From NCBI GenBank assembly GCA_964291295.2, contig OZ219754.1:768001-832000 (forward strand): a DNA stretch of 64,000 bases, in the 5' to 3' direction. The translations under genes and the position numbers were made by a program. Within the stretch, counting starts at the first letter, position 1. Every line of letters starts with the position of its first letter. The stretch comes from an uncultured Candidatus Binatia bacterium (lineage in GTDB: Bacteria; Desulfobacterota; Binatia; UBA9968; JAJDTQ01). Below, in pieces: positions 29,741-40,500 of the stretch. The notes under the pieces were generated by a model. It searched no databases. It worked only from the letters and a program-made list of their open reading frames with translations, and was not told the DNA's origin.

Positions 29741-30088
29741 TCATGGATTCGTCTCCCCCGGGGCTTGACCGGGCCAGGGCCGCCCCCTGGTTTCCGTCAG
29801 CAAGGCTTCGAGAACGCGGCCGTGTTGTTCCAGCGCGACGCCCTGCTGTTCCAGCGCACGGCCCTGTCGTTCCAGCGCGACGCCCTGTCGTTCCATGCCC
29901 TGGACCACGGACCGCAGCGCGGTCATGGCTTCGGTGTGGCGGGCCGTCTCGCGCACCTCGCGCTGGTCTCCGGCCCGGCGCATCTGCTGGAGGCCCCGCC
30001 AGACGAGGAGGACGCCGATGGCTCCGATGGCGAGCTGACCTGCGCCGACCGCGAGATGACCGGCCGCGAACCATTCCATCAGCGTCAT
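29741..30088 (-). CDS. Small membrane-anchored coiled-coil hypothetical protein with 21-bp heptad repeats
   Basis: N-terminal TM segment, then (M/L)E(R/Q)QGxA repeats; GAAGGAAG RBS. Confidence 0.5.
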   Translation of the reverse strand: MTLMEWFAAGHLAVGAGQLAIGAIGVLLVWRGLQQMRRAGDQREVRETARHTEAMTALRSVVQGMERQGVALERQGRALEQQGVALEQHGRVLEALLTETRGRPWPGQAPGETNP

Positions 30089-30342
30089 GGCGTCTTCCTT
30101 CCCTCAGCCTGCAGGCGGCCCCACGCGCCGATGGGAGAGCGTTGCGGCTTCGCGGCTGTCCTGAACGACTGTCATGCACCCTTCTTATCGGAAGTTCCGA
30201 GGACCGGCAATGCGGACCCGGAGTCCACCCCGCCTCGACGCGATACCGCCGGACCAAGCCGCAGCGCATCCGGTCCGCACACCGTCCCGAGGGTCCCAGG
30301 GGGCCTCGACAACGGCCGAACCGTTTCCGCACCGGCACGACC

Positions 30343-32256
30343 TCAACAGGGCGGGCGGCGCGCCGATTCCTCCCTCAGGGTCTCCAGTTCGGCCCAGCGC
30401 TCCACGGTATCGTTCAAGGTCGCCTTGGCGGCCGTGAGCTCGTCAAGGACGGGCTGGACCGCGGCGAAGGGCTGTGCGTAGAAATCCGGCTGCCGGATCT
30501 TCTCTTCCAGTGCGGCAACGGCCTGTTCCATGGCCTCGATGCGTTCCGGCAACTGGTCGAGTTCCCGTTGCAGCTTGTAGCCGAGCCTGGCGGGACGGGA
30601 CTTCGATTCCCGCCGGTTCCGCCCGGGCTCCCGCGCACCCTGGCGGCCGGGGTCGTCGGTGACGGCCAGGGCCGCGCCGCGCCGGAGCCAGTCGCTGTAG
30701 CCGCCGGCATGGCGCCGGACCAGACCGGTGTCCTCGAACACCAGCGTGCTGGTCACGCAGTTGTCGAGGAAGCTCCGGTCGTGGCTCACCACCAGCAGCG
30801 TGCCCCGGTACGCCGCGAGCTGCTCCTCCAGCACTTCCAGCGTTTCGATGTCGAGGTCGTTGGTGGGCTCGTCCAGCACCAGCAGATTGGCCGGCTGCGT
30901 GAGCAGCCGGGCCAGGATGACACGGTTGCACTCGCCGCCAGACAGTGCCGCCACCGGGCTCAGGGCGCGTTTGGGGTTGAAGAGAAAGCCCTTGAGATAG
31001 CCCACCACATGGCGCGCCTTGCCGTTGACGAACACGTGGTCGCGCCCGTCCGCCACGGTCTCGGCCACGGTCCGTTCGGGGTCGAGCTCGCGCCGCAACT
31101 GGTCGAAGTAACCGATCTCAAGATTGGCGCCCAACTCCACGGTCCCGGAATTTGGCGTGATCTCGCCCACCAGCAGGCGCAACAGCGTACTCTTGCCCAC
31201 ACCGTTGTTGCCGATGAGGCCGATGCGTTCGCCGCGCATGATGCGCAGCGACAGGTTCCGGACCAGCGGCTCGCCGCCGTAGCCGTGGGTCACGTTGCGG
31301 AGCTCCACCACCTTGCGGCCCGACGGCTCCCCGTGCTGCACATGGATGCGCGCCTGACTCAAGGGCTTGAGCCGCCGCGCAGCCTGTTCCCGCATGGCCA
31401 TGAGGGCGCGCACCCGGCCTTCGTTGCGCGTGCGGCGGGCCTTGATGCCCTGCCGGATCCACGCCTCCTCCTGCCCCAGCCGCTTGTCGAACAGAGCGTC
31501 GCGGCGGGCGTCTTCCGCCAGGGACTTCTCCTTGAGGCCCAGATAGTTGTCGTAACTTCCGGGCCAGCTCACGAGGCGGGTGCGGTCCAGTTCCACGATA
31601 CGGGTGGCAAGGCGCTGCAGGAAGGCGCGGTCGTGGGTGACGAACAGCACGCTGCCGGCGTAGTGACAGATTCGATCTTCGAGCCACTGGATGGTGTTCA
31701 GGTCGAGATGGTTGGTGGGCTCGTCGAGCAGCAGCAAGTCGGCGTTTCCGACGATGGCGCGGGCCAGCCCGACCCGCCGCTGCCAACCGCCGGACAGCTC
31801 AGCCAGCCGCCGGTCGGCCGGAAGGTCCAGTTCGCTCAGCACCGTCTCCACCCGCTGGTCCACGTGCCAGCCGCCGTGAGCGTCGATTTCCCGGTGCATC
31901 GCTTCCAGCTCCAGGAGTCCCTTGCGGTCCAGGGCTTCCCGGGATTGCCGCTGGTAGCGGTGGATGAGCGCCTGCAGGTCGGCCAGGCCGGTGGTGACGT
32001 ACTCCCGCACCGTCTGCCCGAACTCCTCGGGCAGCGCCTGCTCCAGTTCGCTGATGCGGATGCGGCTCTGGTAGCGGATCTCGCCGCGGTCCGGCTCGAG
32101 CCGCCCGGCGATGAGTCGGAGCATGGAGGTCTTGCCCGCGCCATTGCGGCCGATCAGGCAGACCCGCTCTCCCGGTTCGATGGCGAACTCGGCATGCGCC
32201 AGCAACCGCTGTTCGCCCAATTCGAGCGAGACGTCCTCAAAGCTGACGAGGGGCAT
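30343..32256 (-). CDS. uup: ABC-F family ATP-binding protein Uup
   Basis: Two ABC domains (GRNGAGKT, LSGGW, GNNGVGKS, LSGGE), WIRQGIKARRTRNEGRVRAL linker, C-terminal coiled coil. Confidence 0.92.
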   Translation of the reverse strand: MPLVSFEDVSLELGEQRLLAHAEFAIEPGERVCLIGRNGAGKTSMLRLIAGRLEPDRGEIRYQSRIRISELEQALPEEFGQTVREYVTTGLADLQALIHRYQRQSREALDRKGLLELEAMHREIDAHGGWHVDQRVETVLSELDLPADRRLAELSGGWQRRVGLARAIVGNADLLLLDEPTNHLDLNTIQWLEDRICHYAGSVLFVTHDRAFLQRLATRIVELDRTRLVSWPGSYDNYLGLKEKSLAEDARRDALFDKRLGQEEAWIRQGIKARRTRNEGRVRALMAMREQAARRLKPLSQARIHVQHGEPSGRKVVELRNVTHGYGGEPLVRNLSLRIMRGERIGLIGNNGVGKSTLLRLLVGEITPNSGTVELGANLEIGYFDQLRRELDPERTVAETVADGRDHVFVNGKARHVVGYLKGFLFNPKRALSPVAALSGGECNRVILARLLTQPANLLVLDEPTNDLDIETLEVLEEQLAAYRGTLLVVSHDRSFLDNCVTSTLVFEDTGLVRRHAGGYSDWLRRGAALAVTDDPGRQGAREPGRNRRESKSRPARLGYKLQRELDQLPERIEAMEQAVAALEEKIRQPDFYAQPFAAVQPVLDELTAAKATLNDTVERWAELETLREESARRPPC

Positions 32257-32308
32257 GGTTCGGGGAGGGGCACCGGCGCCCGCTCAAGCCGGTGCCGCCG
32301 CGGCGGCC

Positions 32309-32650
32309 CTACTTGCGACCGCGAGTCGCCCGTGCCCCGGGGGGCCGGTAGGAAACTTTCTTCTTGACCGCCTGGTCCACCGTCTCGGGCGTGATCAGCA
32401 CGGTGGCCTTGATATCGAGGGCGCCGGCGTTGGCGATGTGGAGCGAGACGGCGGTCGCCGCGGCATCGTCGGGAAGGTCGGCGATAACGTAAAGATCCGT
32501 GTCGCCGAAAGCGTAGTAGAATCCCTCCACGCTGCCGCCCATGGACTTGATGGTGTCGGTCAACGCTGTCCGCCGCCGGCTGCCGCCCTCCTTGAGCAGG
32601 CCCGCAAGCCCGCTTGCCGTGTACTTCGAGTGGAACATGTATTTGCTCAT
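32309..32650 (-). CDS. GYD domain protein
   Basis: YTASGLAGL..EG, GGSVEGFYYAFGDTD, YRPPG; GGAGG RBS. Confidence 0.8.
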   Translation of the reverse strand: MSKYMFHSKYTASGLAGLLKEGGSRRRTALTDTIKSMGGSVEGFYYAFGDTDLYVIADLPDDAAATAVSLHIANAGALDIKATVLITPETVDQAVKKKVSYRPPGARATRGRK

Positions 32651-32931
32651 GGCTGACCTCCAGGAATGATTCTCCGAATGATGGGTGATGTGCGGCGTTT
32701 TTTCAAGCTGGCAACTACCGCCGGCGAAAACACCCGACCTTGATGCCCGCAATGCCGCGTCGCTGTGTCGCGTCGTTGCCGGATGCCATCGGACGCCCAT
32801 GAGGGACATCGAGCCGGTGCCTGTCCTTGCCCACAGGGAGTTGCCGGACGCCGCCCGCGGTCGGACGCCCATGTGCGGGACAACCGGTTGCAGGGGCAGC
32901 GCGGCCGCCCGGGCCGGGACCGGCCTTGCTG

Positions 32932-33819
32932 CTATCCGTGTTGCTGGCCGGCGACAAAGGCGCGCAGCACCTCGTTGAACTCCCGGGGATGCTCCCGATA
33001 CGAGAAATGGCCGGCCTCGTTGATGATGTGCATCTGGGTGCGGCGCTCGCTTCCGGCCATGAGCTCCATCAGGCGCATGCCCTGGTCCAGGGTGGCGGTG
33101 GGATCGTTGAAGCCCCACACCAGCAGCGTGGGCCGTTGCAAGCCGCGGTCGCGTATCCAGCCCAGGGTCTCCTCCTTCTGGCGCGCGTGTCGGGCCAGGA
33201 ACAGATTGGTCTTGAGCCCCTGGACTTCCATCTTCTCCACCGCCTCCCGATACTTGGGCAGTTGGGCGAGGGCGGTGCAGGCGTCGAGCCAGTCATCGGT
33301 GATGTGGTCGTGGCGGTAGGAATAGCGTTCGTACACCCAGCGCTGGCTTTCCCGGCCCAGGCGCGGACGTGGAGCGTTGGCAAACACGATATCGTTTCGC
33401 CCGACGCCGGGAGCCAGGGTGTTGGTGTCCACGGGGATGACGGATTTGACCAGGTCCGCCCGTTCCAGCGTCATGCGCGCCACCAGATAGGCGCCGCGGG
33501 AATGGCCTACGAGGTGAACGTTGCCGAGCTTCAGGGTCTCCAGGAAGGCCAGGGCGTGCCGCACCACCGCGGCCATGGTGTAATCCTCGTCGCGCCCGGG
33601 GTTGTCGGTCATGCCCTGCCCGAGCTTGTCCACCGCGAAGACGTGGAACCACTGCGCCAGCCCGGCGAAGTTGAGGCTCCAGTCGAGACTGCAGTCGGCC
33701 GCGTCGTTGGAGCCGAAGTTGCCGCCGTGGAACAGCACCAGAGGCTCGCCGCTGCCCTTCTCGAAGTAGCGGGTGCGAATTCCGTCGACGTCCACGAATT
33801 TCTCGTCCGCCTGGTTCAT
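32932..33819 (-). CDS. Alpha/beta hydrolase (meta-cleavage product hydrolase-like)
   Basis: LVLFHGG, DKLGQG, GHSRG nucleophile elbow, WGFNDP, AGHF. Confidence 0.88.
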   Translation of the reverse strand: MNQADEKFVDVDGIRTRYFEKGSGEPLVLFHGGNFGSNDAADCSLDWSLNFAGLAQWFHVFAVDKLGQGMTDNPGRDEDYTMAAVVRHALAFLETLKLGNVHLVGHSRGAYLVARMTLERADLVKSVIPVDTNTLAPGVGRNDIVFANAPRPRLGRESQRWVYERYSYRHDHITDDWLDACTALAQLPKYREAVEKMEVQGLKTNLFLARHARQKEETLGWIRDRGLQRPTLLVWGFNDPTATLDQGMRLMELMAGSERRTQMHIINEAGHFSYREHPREFNEVLRAFVAGQQHG

Positions 33820-34060
33820 GCGATTCCTCCTCGGTTTCGGTCCCGGCACCGGCCGCCGTGGTCTTCGGCGCCTCCCGCGCGCCGCCGGTGTGGCCGCGGG
33901 AACCGATCCACTGTAGCGGATTGTGCCGCCGGGGGTAACACGCCGCACCGGGCCGCCGACAAGGCACGGGCAGCTTGGCAATCCACCGGCAATCGGATAA
34001 GGAGAGTGAGCCGAAAGACCGCGAGTGAGCCGGAATACGTACGATCCAGGGAGGCGAGCC

Positions 34061-34885
34061 ATGGCGAAACCGGACGGCGACGAGCATCCCATGATGGGAG
34101 AGGGGCGGGAGCGGCTGCGAGGCAGGGCAGCCGTCATCACCGGGGCCAACAGCGGCATCGGACGCGCCACCGCCCGTCTGTTCGCGCGCGAGGGGGCCAA
34201 CGTCCTGTGTTGCGACATCCAGGAGACCACGACGCCGCGGGTGGACGAGCTAATCGTCCAGGAGGGCGGCAAGGCCGCGTTCCTGAACGTGGACGTGACC
34301 TCCGACGGCGGTCCCGAGGAGATGGTGCAGGCCGCCATCGCCCGGTACGGCGGCGTGGACATCCTCTACAACAACGCGGGGGGCGGGATACGCAAGCAGG
34401 TTCATGAATTCACGGACGAGGAATGGAACTTCATCATGGACCTCAATCTGAACGCCATCCAGAGGAGCGTCCGCGCGGTGATCCCCCACATGTTGGCGAA
34501 GGGCAGCGGCAACATCGTCAGCACCGCATCCACCTTCGGGCTGCTGGCCTCGGCCAACTATCCGGCCTACTGCGCCACCAAGGCGGCGGTCATCAGCCTG
34601 ACCCGCCAGATGGCACTGGACTACGGCCCCAAGGGCATTCGCGTGAACTGCATCTGCCCCGGCGCCACCGAGACTCCGCGCTTCCGCGGCCACCCGCCGG
34701 TACCCTCGCTCCCGGCCGCCACCCCCGAGCAGCGCAAGCGCATGGCCGACAGCAACAAGGCCCTGCTGCGGATGGCGCGTCCGGAGGAGATGGCCTACGG
34801 CGTTCTCTTTCTGGCCTCCGACGAAGCCTCCTTCGTCACCGGCCATGCCCTGGTGGTGGACGGCGGCCAGACCATCGCGGTGTGA
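34061..34885 (+). CDS. SDR family oxidoreductase
   Basis: TGANSGIG, NNAG, YCATK, VDGG. Confidence 0.92.
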   Translation: MAKPDGDEHPMMGEGRERLRGRAAVITGANSGIGRATARLFAREGANVLCCDIQETTTPRVDELIVQEGGKAAFLNVDVTSDGGPEEMVQAAIARYGGVDILYNNAGGGIRKQVHEFTDEEWNFIMDLNLNAIQRSVRAVIPHMLAKGSGNIVSTASTFGLLASANYPAYCATKAAVISLTRQMALDYGPKGIRVNCICPGATETPRFRGHPPVPSLPAATPEQRKRMADSNKALLRMARPEEMAYGVLFLASDEASFVTGHALVVDGGQTIAV

Positions 34886-34938
34886 GGCCGGCGCCGGCGG
34901 CCTGCCGGAGGTTCCCGAAACGAAGCCGGGGGACGGAC

Positions 34939-36018
34939 ATGGGAGAGATACTCGGCCTGGGCATCACGCACTACCCCGGACTCGGGTTCCAGGGGAACAT
35001 GACCAGGCGCATCAGGATGTGCCTGGAAGACCCCTGCCTGCCGGAACGGCTGCGCCACGTGGACGAATGGCCGGCGCCCATGCGCGAACAGTGGGGCACG
35101 GATGACGGCCTGAGCCATTCGGAAGCGCACCGGCAGGATCTGATCGACCGCTTCCGTATCGCCCGGCGCACGCTGGACGAGTTCCGGCCCGACCTCTGCC
35201 TGATCTGGGGCGACGACCAGTACGAGAACTACAAGGAAGACTGCGTGCCGGCCTTTTCCATCCTCGCCTACGAGTCGGTGGAGGCGCAACCGTGGCGGCA
35301 CAGCCGCCGGGGCGCCAACGTCTGGGACGAGGCGGAACACAAGACCTTCACCGTCAAGGGCCACCAGGAGGGCGGCAAGTATCTGGCGTCGAGCCTGCTG
35401 GATCACGGCTTCGACGCGGCCTACTCCTACAAGCCGCTCCACCGGGGACTGGGCCACGCTTTCGTGAACTCCGTCCTCTACCTCGACTGGGACCGCCAGG
35501 GCTTTCCGTATCCGGTGGTGCCGTTCACCGTGAACGCCTACGGCCGCAAGCTCGTGGGCAGCCAGGGCATCCCGCTGACCCCTTCGGCCGCCCGCGCCAT
35601 CAAGGACCGGCTCGACCCGCCCGGTCCCCAGCCCTGGCGCTGCTTCGACATCGGCGCCGCCACCGCCCGCGCCTTCGCGGAGAGTCCGTGGCGCGTTGCC
35701 CTCATCGCCTCCTCAAGCTGGTCCCACTCGTTCCTCACCGCCAAGCACTCCTTCATGTACCCGGACGTGGAATCCGACAAGCGCTACTTCGAGGCGCTGC
35801 GGGACGGCGACTGGGAGACCTGGCGGAAGACCAGCCTGACCGAGGCTGAAGACCGCGGGCACCACGAACTGCTCAACTGGTTCGCCCTGGCCGGGGCCAT
35901 GGCCGAGATCGGCCGCAAGCCCGACGACATCGTCTTCCTGGAATCGTGGATATCCAATTCCGACAAGGTGTTCGCGATCTTCCGCCCGCCGGAGAAGACC
36001 GTCCACCCGCCAGCCTGA
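34939..36018 (+). CDS. LigB-like extradiol ring-cleavage dioxygenase family protein
   Basis: GITHYP, WGDDQYEN, LGHAF, ASSSWSH, ELLNW. Confidence 0.8.
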   Translation: MGEILGLGITHYPGLGFQGNMTRRIRMCLEDPCLPERLRHVDEWPAPMREQWGTDDGLSHSEAHRQDLIDRFRIARRTLDEFRPDLCLIWGDDQYENYKEDCVPAFSILAYESVEAQPWRHSRRGANVWDEAEHKTFTVKGHQEGGKYLASSLLDHGFDAAYSYKPLHRGLGHAFVNSVLYLDWDRQGFPYPVVPFTVNAYGRKLVGSQGIPLTPSAARAIKDRLDPPGPQPWRCFDIGAATARAFAESPWRVALIASSSWSHSFLTAKHSFMYPDVESDKRYFEALRDGDWETWRKTSLTEAEDRGHHELLNWFALAGAMAEIGRKPDDIVFLESWISNSDKVFAIFRPPEKTVHPPA

Positions 36019-36054
36019 CCGGCCGGCGCCACCACGCCGGGACGGCCTGCCGGC

Positions 36055-36134
36055 AGCGTTACCGGACAGGGATCGTTACCGGCTTGGGTCGTGACCGGAC
36101 GAGGTCGTGACCGGACGGGGTCGTGACCGGACCG
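36055..36134. repeat. 16-bp tandem repeat (ggtcgtgaccggacg., 3 good and 2 degenerate units)
   Basis: Read directly. Confidence 0.75.
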
Positions 36135-36247
36135 AGGCGCGGAGACCGGGGGCATCCCCTCCATGGCCAGACCCCGCCCTCCCGCCGGAATCCTGCCTGC
36201 TTCGAGCCACGGGCACACGTCTCCGACACGCCACCCCCAAGGTACGT

Positions 36248-36322
36248 ATCCTGTCCCCGGGATTCCTGTCCTTGGTAATCCTTTCCCGGACATCCTGTCC
36301 TTGGTAATCCTGCCCCCGGGAC
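36248..36322. repeat. ~15-bp degenerate tandem repeat (atcctgtcc... x5)
   Basis: Read directly; tcctgtccttggtaatcct occurs twice. Confidence 0.7.
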
Positions 36323-36323
36323 C

Positions 36324-37217
36324 TTATCCCTGCGACTGAAAGAGAAAGTAGACGCCGGCCACCACCAGCAGCGCGGCCAGACCATCCTTGAGAGTGACGG
36401 CCTCGTCCCCCTGCAGAAGCAGCCGCGCCAGCGAGAAGGTCACCAGCGGTTGCAGATTCCAGACCGGCGCCACGATGATCGCCGGGGCATGGGCCACCGC
36501 CAGGTAGGTGAAGATCGACCCCACCCCCTGGAAGAATCCGGACAGGAGCAGGACAAGGCAGCTGCCCCCGGTGAGCCGGATGCCTTCCCGCCAGTCGATG
36601 CGCAGGAACCGGCCGAAGGACATGACAAGGGCGAGCCCGGTGACGTGGGTGATCAGCGCCCCGGGGATGGGCGTTCCTCCGGCCAGGATCGCGATCTTCT
36701 TGAGTATCGGGCCGAAGCCGAAGCACACGATGGCCAGCAAGGGGTTGAGGAACGCCCGCAGGCTCGGGAGCCCCCGCAGGTCGCCCGCTTCGGGAGTGCG
36801 GCGGGTGATGATCAGAAGCCCGGCGACGATCAGCACCACGCCGACGAGGATCACCGGAGACGCCGTCTCCCCCAGCAGGACGATGGCATAGACGGCGGTG
36901 AGCAGCGGTGCCGAGTTGACGATGGACTGGGCCCGGGAGGCCCCCACCTCGTCGATGCCCTTGAGCGTGAAGGTGCGCCCCAGAAAGCTGCCCACCAAGC
37001 CGACGGCAACGAACACCGCCGCCGCGCTCCAGGGCATCACGGCTCGCACCCCGCCGAACGGGAGCCCCATGATCAGCGCCAGGGTCAAGACCGACCCCAC
37101 CTGCTGCTGCAACACCGCCGCGCTGACGTTGGAGTGCCTGAGGCCGCGCTTGACCAGCACCGGCGACGTCCCCCAGCACAGCGCCGCCGCCAACGCCCAG
37201 GCGATGCCGGTTTCCAT
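36324..37217 (-). CDS. DMT/EamA family transporter
   Basis: Ten TM segments in two EamA repeats, ALAAALCWG, LLGET. Confidence 0.85.
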   Translation of the reverse strand: METGIAWALAAALCWGTSPVLVKRGLRHSNVSAAVLQQQVGSVLTLALIMGLPFGGVRAVMPWSAAAVFVAVGLVGSFLGRTFTLKGIDEVGASRAQSIVNSAPLLTAVYAIVLLGETASPVILVGVVLIVAGLLIITRRTPEAGDLRGLPSLRAFLNPLLAIVCFGFGPILKKIAILAGGTPIPGALITHVTGLALVMSFGRFLRIDWREGIRLTGGSCLVLLLSGFFQGVGSIFTYLAVAHAPAIIVAPVWNLQPLVTFSLARLLLQGDEAVTLKDGLAALLVVAGVYFLFQSQG

Positions 37218-37509
37218 GATTACGGGATAGATAGCACCGGCCGGGGCGGGCCGGAAGCAGCGTCGAGGTCAGGTCTGGACCGAGCGGCGCCAGACGCCGG
37301 CCACATGCTTGAATCGAGCGATGGGGACTTGCTACAAGAACTCCCGTGCACGCTCACAATCGAAATGGACGAAATGCATATAAAGCACGATGGTTCGGCC
37401 GATGACAGTCTGTCCCGCGAACTTGAGGTGAAATGAGCGGCGCACTCAAGGTCCAACCAGCATTGGAGCGGCAGGGCCGCAGGCCTCCGGCCACCCCGAC
37501 GAGGTTCGC

Positions 37510-40500
37510 ATGAGCATCCCTCCTGGCACATTTGTCCGTCTCAAGAGCGACCCCGATCGCGCCGGCGTTCTGGAGCAGGGCGAAAAACGGATAAGTGGCT
37601 CGCGGTTTGCCCCGGTAAGGTTCCCGAACGGGCAGATAGAGTGGTTGCCGCTCTCGGCACTGGAGCCCGTTCCCTCTGCATCCGAAAGCCCTTCCGACCT
37701 CTTTGCCGCAGGGCAGTTCGTTGGACCGAACTGGCTGCGCCGCAAGCTGACCCAACTGCGCGTCACCGGTAGGCTGAGCGATGTGGTCTACAGCATGGAG
37801 GCGACCGAAACAGACTTCTACGCCTACCAGTTCAAGCCGGTCATCAAGATGATGAATTCGCCCACCGATGCCCTGCTGATCGCGGACGAGGTCGGCCTCG
37901 GCAAGACGATCGAGGCCGGCCTCGTCTGGACAGAACTTCGCGCCCGGCTCGACTGCGACCGTTTGCTGGTGATCTGTCCCAAAACCCTGTGCCAGAAGTG
38001 GCAGGACGAACTCGACCGGCGGTTCGGCATCAAGGCGGAGATCGCAGGCCCCCAAGAGCTTCTTCGGGCTCTCAAGCGCAACGGCGAGGGCAAGAGGAAG
38101 GCCTATTCGTTGGTATGCAGCATGGGACTGCGCCCGCCGCGTCATTGGAACCACGACGAGTCGCAGACGGAAGGCGGGTACGGCTCCACTCGACGCGAGT
38201 TGGCGCGGTTCCTCGACGAGGCAAGCGATGGCGAGCCTTTGATCGATCTCCTGGTGGTCGACGAGGCGCACCACATGCGCAACCCCGAGACCTTGCTCAA
38301 CGATTTCGGGAAACTGGCCAACTCCGTCGCAAGCCATCGTCTGTTCCTGTCGGCCACCCCCATCCACCTTCAGAACCGCGACCTTCATTCGATTCTGACC
38401 ATGGTGGATCCGGATACTTTCGAGTTCGAGAATACCCTGCACGAACTGATCGAAACCAACGCGCCCATCATCGCCGCCCGGGATCGACTGCTGCAGGGGG
38501 CTTCGCCAGCCGAGGTGCTGGAGATGTTGGCCGAAGCGCAGGGGCACGAAATCCTGAGGGAGAGCAAAGCCTTGGCCCAGCTTCGTGAGGAACTCGCCAG
38601 GACGAACGGCGTGGACTTCGATCGCACGAAGCGGTCGGAGTTGGCCGCCCGCCTGGAACAAGTCAACCAACTCGCGAACTACGTCACTCGGACACGCGCG
38701 CGTGATGTGCAGACGGCCAAGGTCATCCGCGAACCCAAGGACCCCGTGCTGGAGATGAGCGACGCCGAGCGCTTCTTTTACGATGAGATATCCGCGGTGG
38801 TGCGGGACTATGCCTTGGACCGGGATGTGAACGCGCCCTTTCTGCTGGCTACACCGCAACGACTGCTGTCATCAAGCCCGGCCGCAGCCTCCGCCTACTG
38901 GGCCGGCATGCCAGGCGACGACGAAAACGAAGAACTCGACTACGACATGTCGGACCATTCGGATGAAGAACGCCCCCTGACCGCGCAGATCGCCGAAAAG
39001 ACACGCTCTCTTGACATGACGGGGCAACTCACCGAAGCGGACACCAAATACCGGCTACTGATCGCCGAACTGCGACAACACTGGCGCGCCGAGGCCGCCG
39101 CCAAGATCATCGTTTTCTCCAGCTTCAAGTCGACCTTGCACTACCTGCGGGATCGACTTCGCATGGATGGCATCAAGACCGAGCTCCTGCACGGCAGCGT
39201 GAAGGGGCCACGCGCGGAAATCCTCGCGCGGTTCAGGGAGAAACACGATATCCGCGTATTGCTCTCCTCCGAGGTCGGAAGCGAGGGTGTGGATCTGCAA
39301 TTCAGCTCCATCGTGGTGAACTACGACCTGCCATGGAATCCCATGCGCCTTGAGCAGCGTATCGGCCGAGTCGACAGATTGGGCCAGCAAAAGGACAAGG
39401 TGACCATCCTCAACCTGATCTACGGCGACACCATCGACAAGCGAATATACGAGCGCCTGTTCAAACGCCTCCAGACCGCACGGATCGCCTTGGGCGAACT
39501 GGAATCGGTTCTCGGTGAGCCGATTCGCCAGATGACGGCAAAGCTGCTGGATCCCAGGCTGACCGTTGAACAGAAGGATCAGGCCATTGCTCAGACAGCC
39601 CAGGCACTGGAGAACCAGGAACAGGAACAGAGTCGCCTGGAGTCCGAGGCTGGATCGCTCGTCCAGCACGGTGACTACATCATCGAACGCATCGCGGAGA
39701 GCCGGGATCGGCAACGTTGGCTCAGTGCCGAGGATATATTGATATACATGCGTGATAGCATATTGACAAATTTTCCGGGCAGTGTCATCGAGTCAAGCCC
39801 GACCGGTTCGGACACCTATCGGATCCAGCTCTCATCCAAAGGCACTCTTGAATTCAATCGATTTCTTCAGGATCGCCGTCTCAGAGGTACGACTCGAATC
39901 TCGAGCGGCGACATGCGACAGCGGTTCCGGTTCACGCCGTCGGTGGTGCAGAAGGACAGGAGTGTAGAGAGCATCTCGCATTTGCACCCGCTGGTACGGT
40001 TCGCCACCGAACTGGACCGCCGGGACGATACCGTCCGGGATGCAAGGGCCGTGGCGGCAAAGATTCAACTTAAGGACGTTGACGGGCTGAAGGACGAGTG
40101 TGCATCCGGGCTGTATGTGCTTGCTGCGCACCGCTGGATCATCGGCAGTGCCGGCCACAGGACGGCGAACGTTCGCATCGGATACACCGGTGCCTGCATC
40201 CTTACCGGCACCCTGATTGAAGCCGACCTCGCCGAGAGGATGATGGCGGCCGCAGCCGCGCATGGCTACCCTGTACCGAACGCGGGCAGTCACAGCGGTT
40301 TGGCCAAGGCAAGCACGACACTGAAGACCGTGGTTGAACCGGAACTCGACCGGCGCTTCGAGGAATTCATCCGTCAAACGCAGGACGCGACCGAGGACCG
40401 TTTCGCCATTCGATCCCAGGCTTTGACGCGACACTTCGAAAAGAAAATCGATAGTTTGGAGCAAACGAGAAGCGAGCTTAACGATGACGCGTCACGGGCG

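Noticed and set aside
36055-36322. CRISPR array
   Set aside because: Repeats are contiguous 15-16-bp units with no spacers, and there are no cas genes.
37256-37436. Possible 3' remnant of a gene upstream of the large SNF2
   Set aside because: Short, with no start or motif; cannot be assigned without a search.
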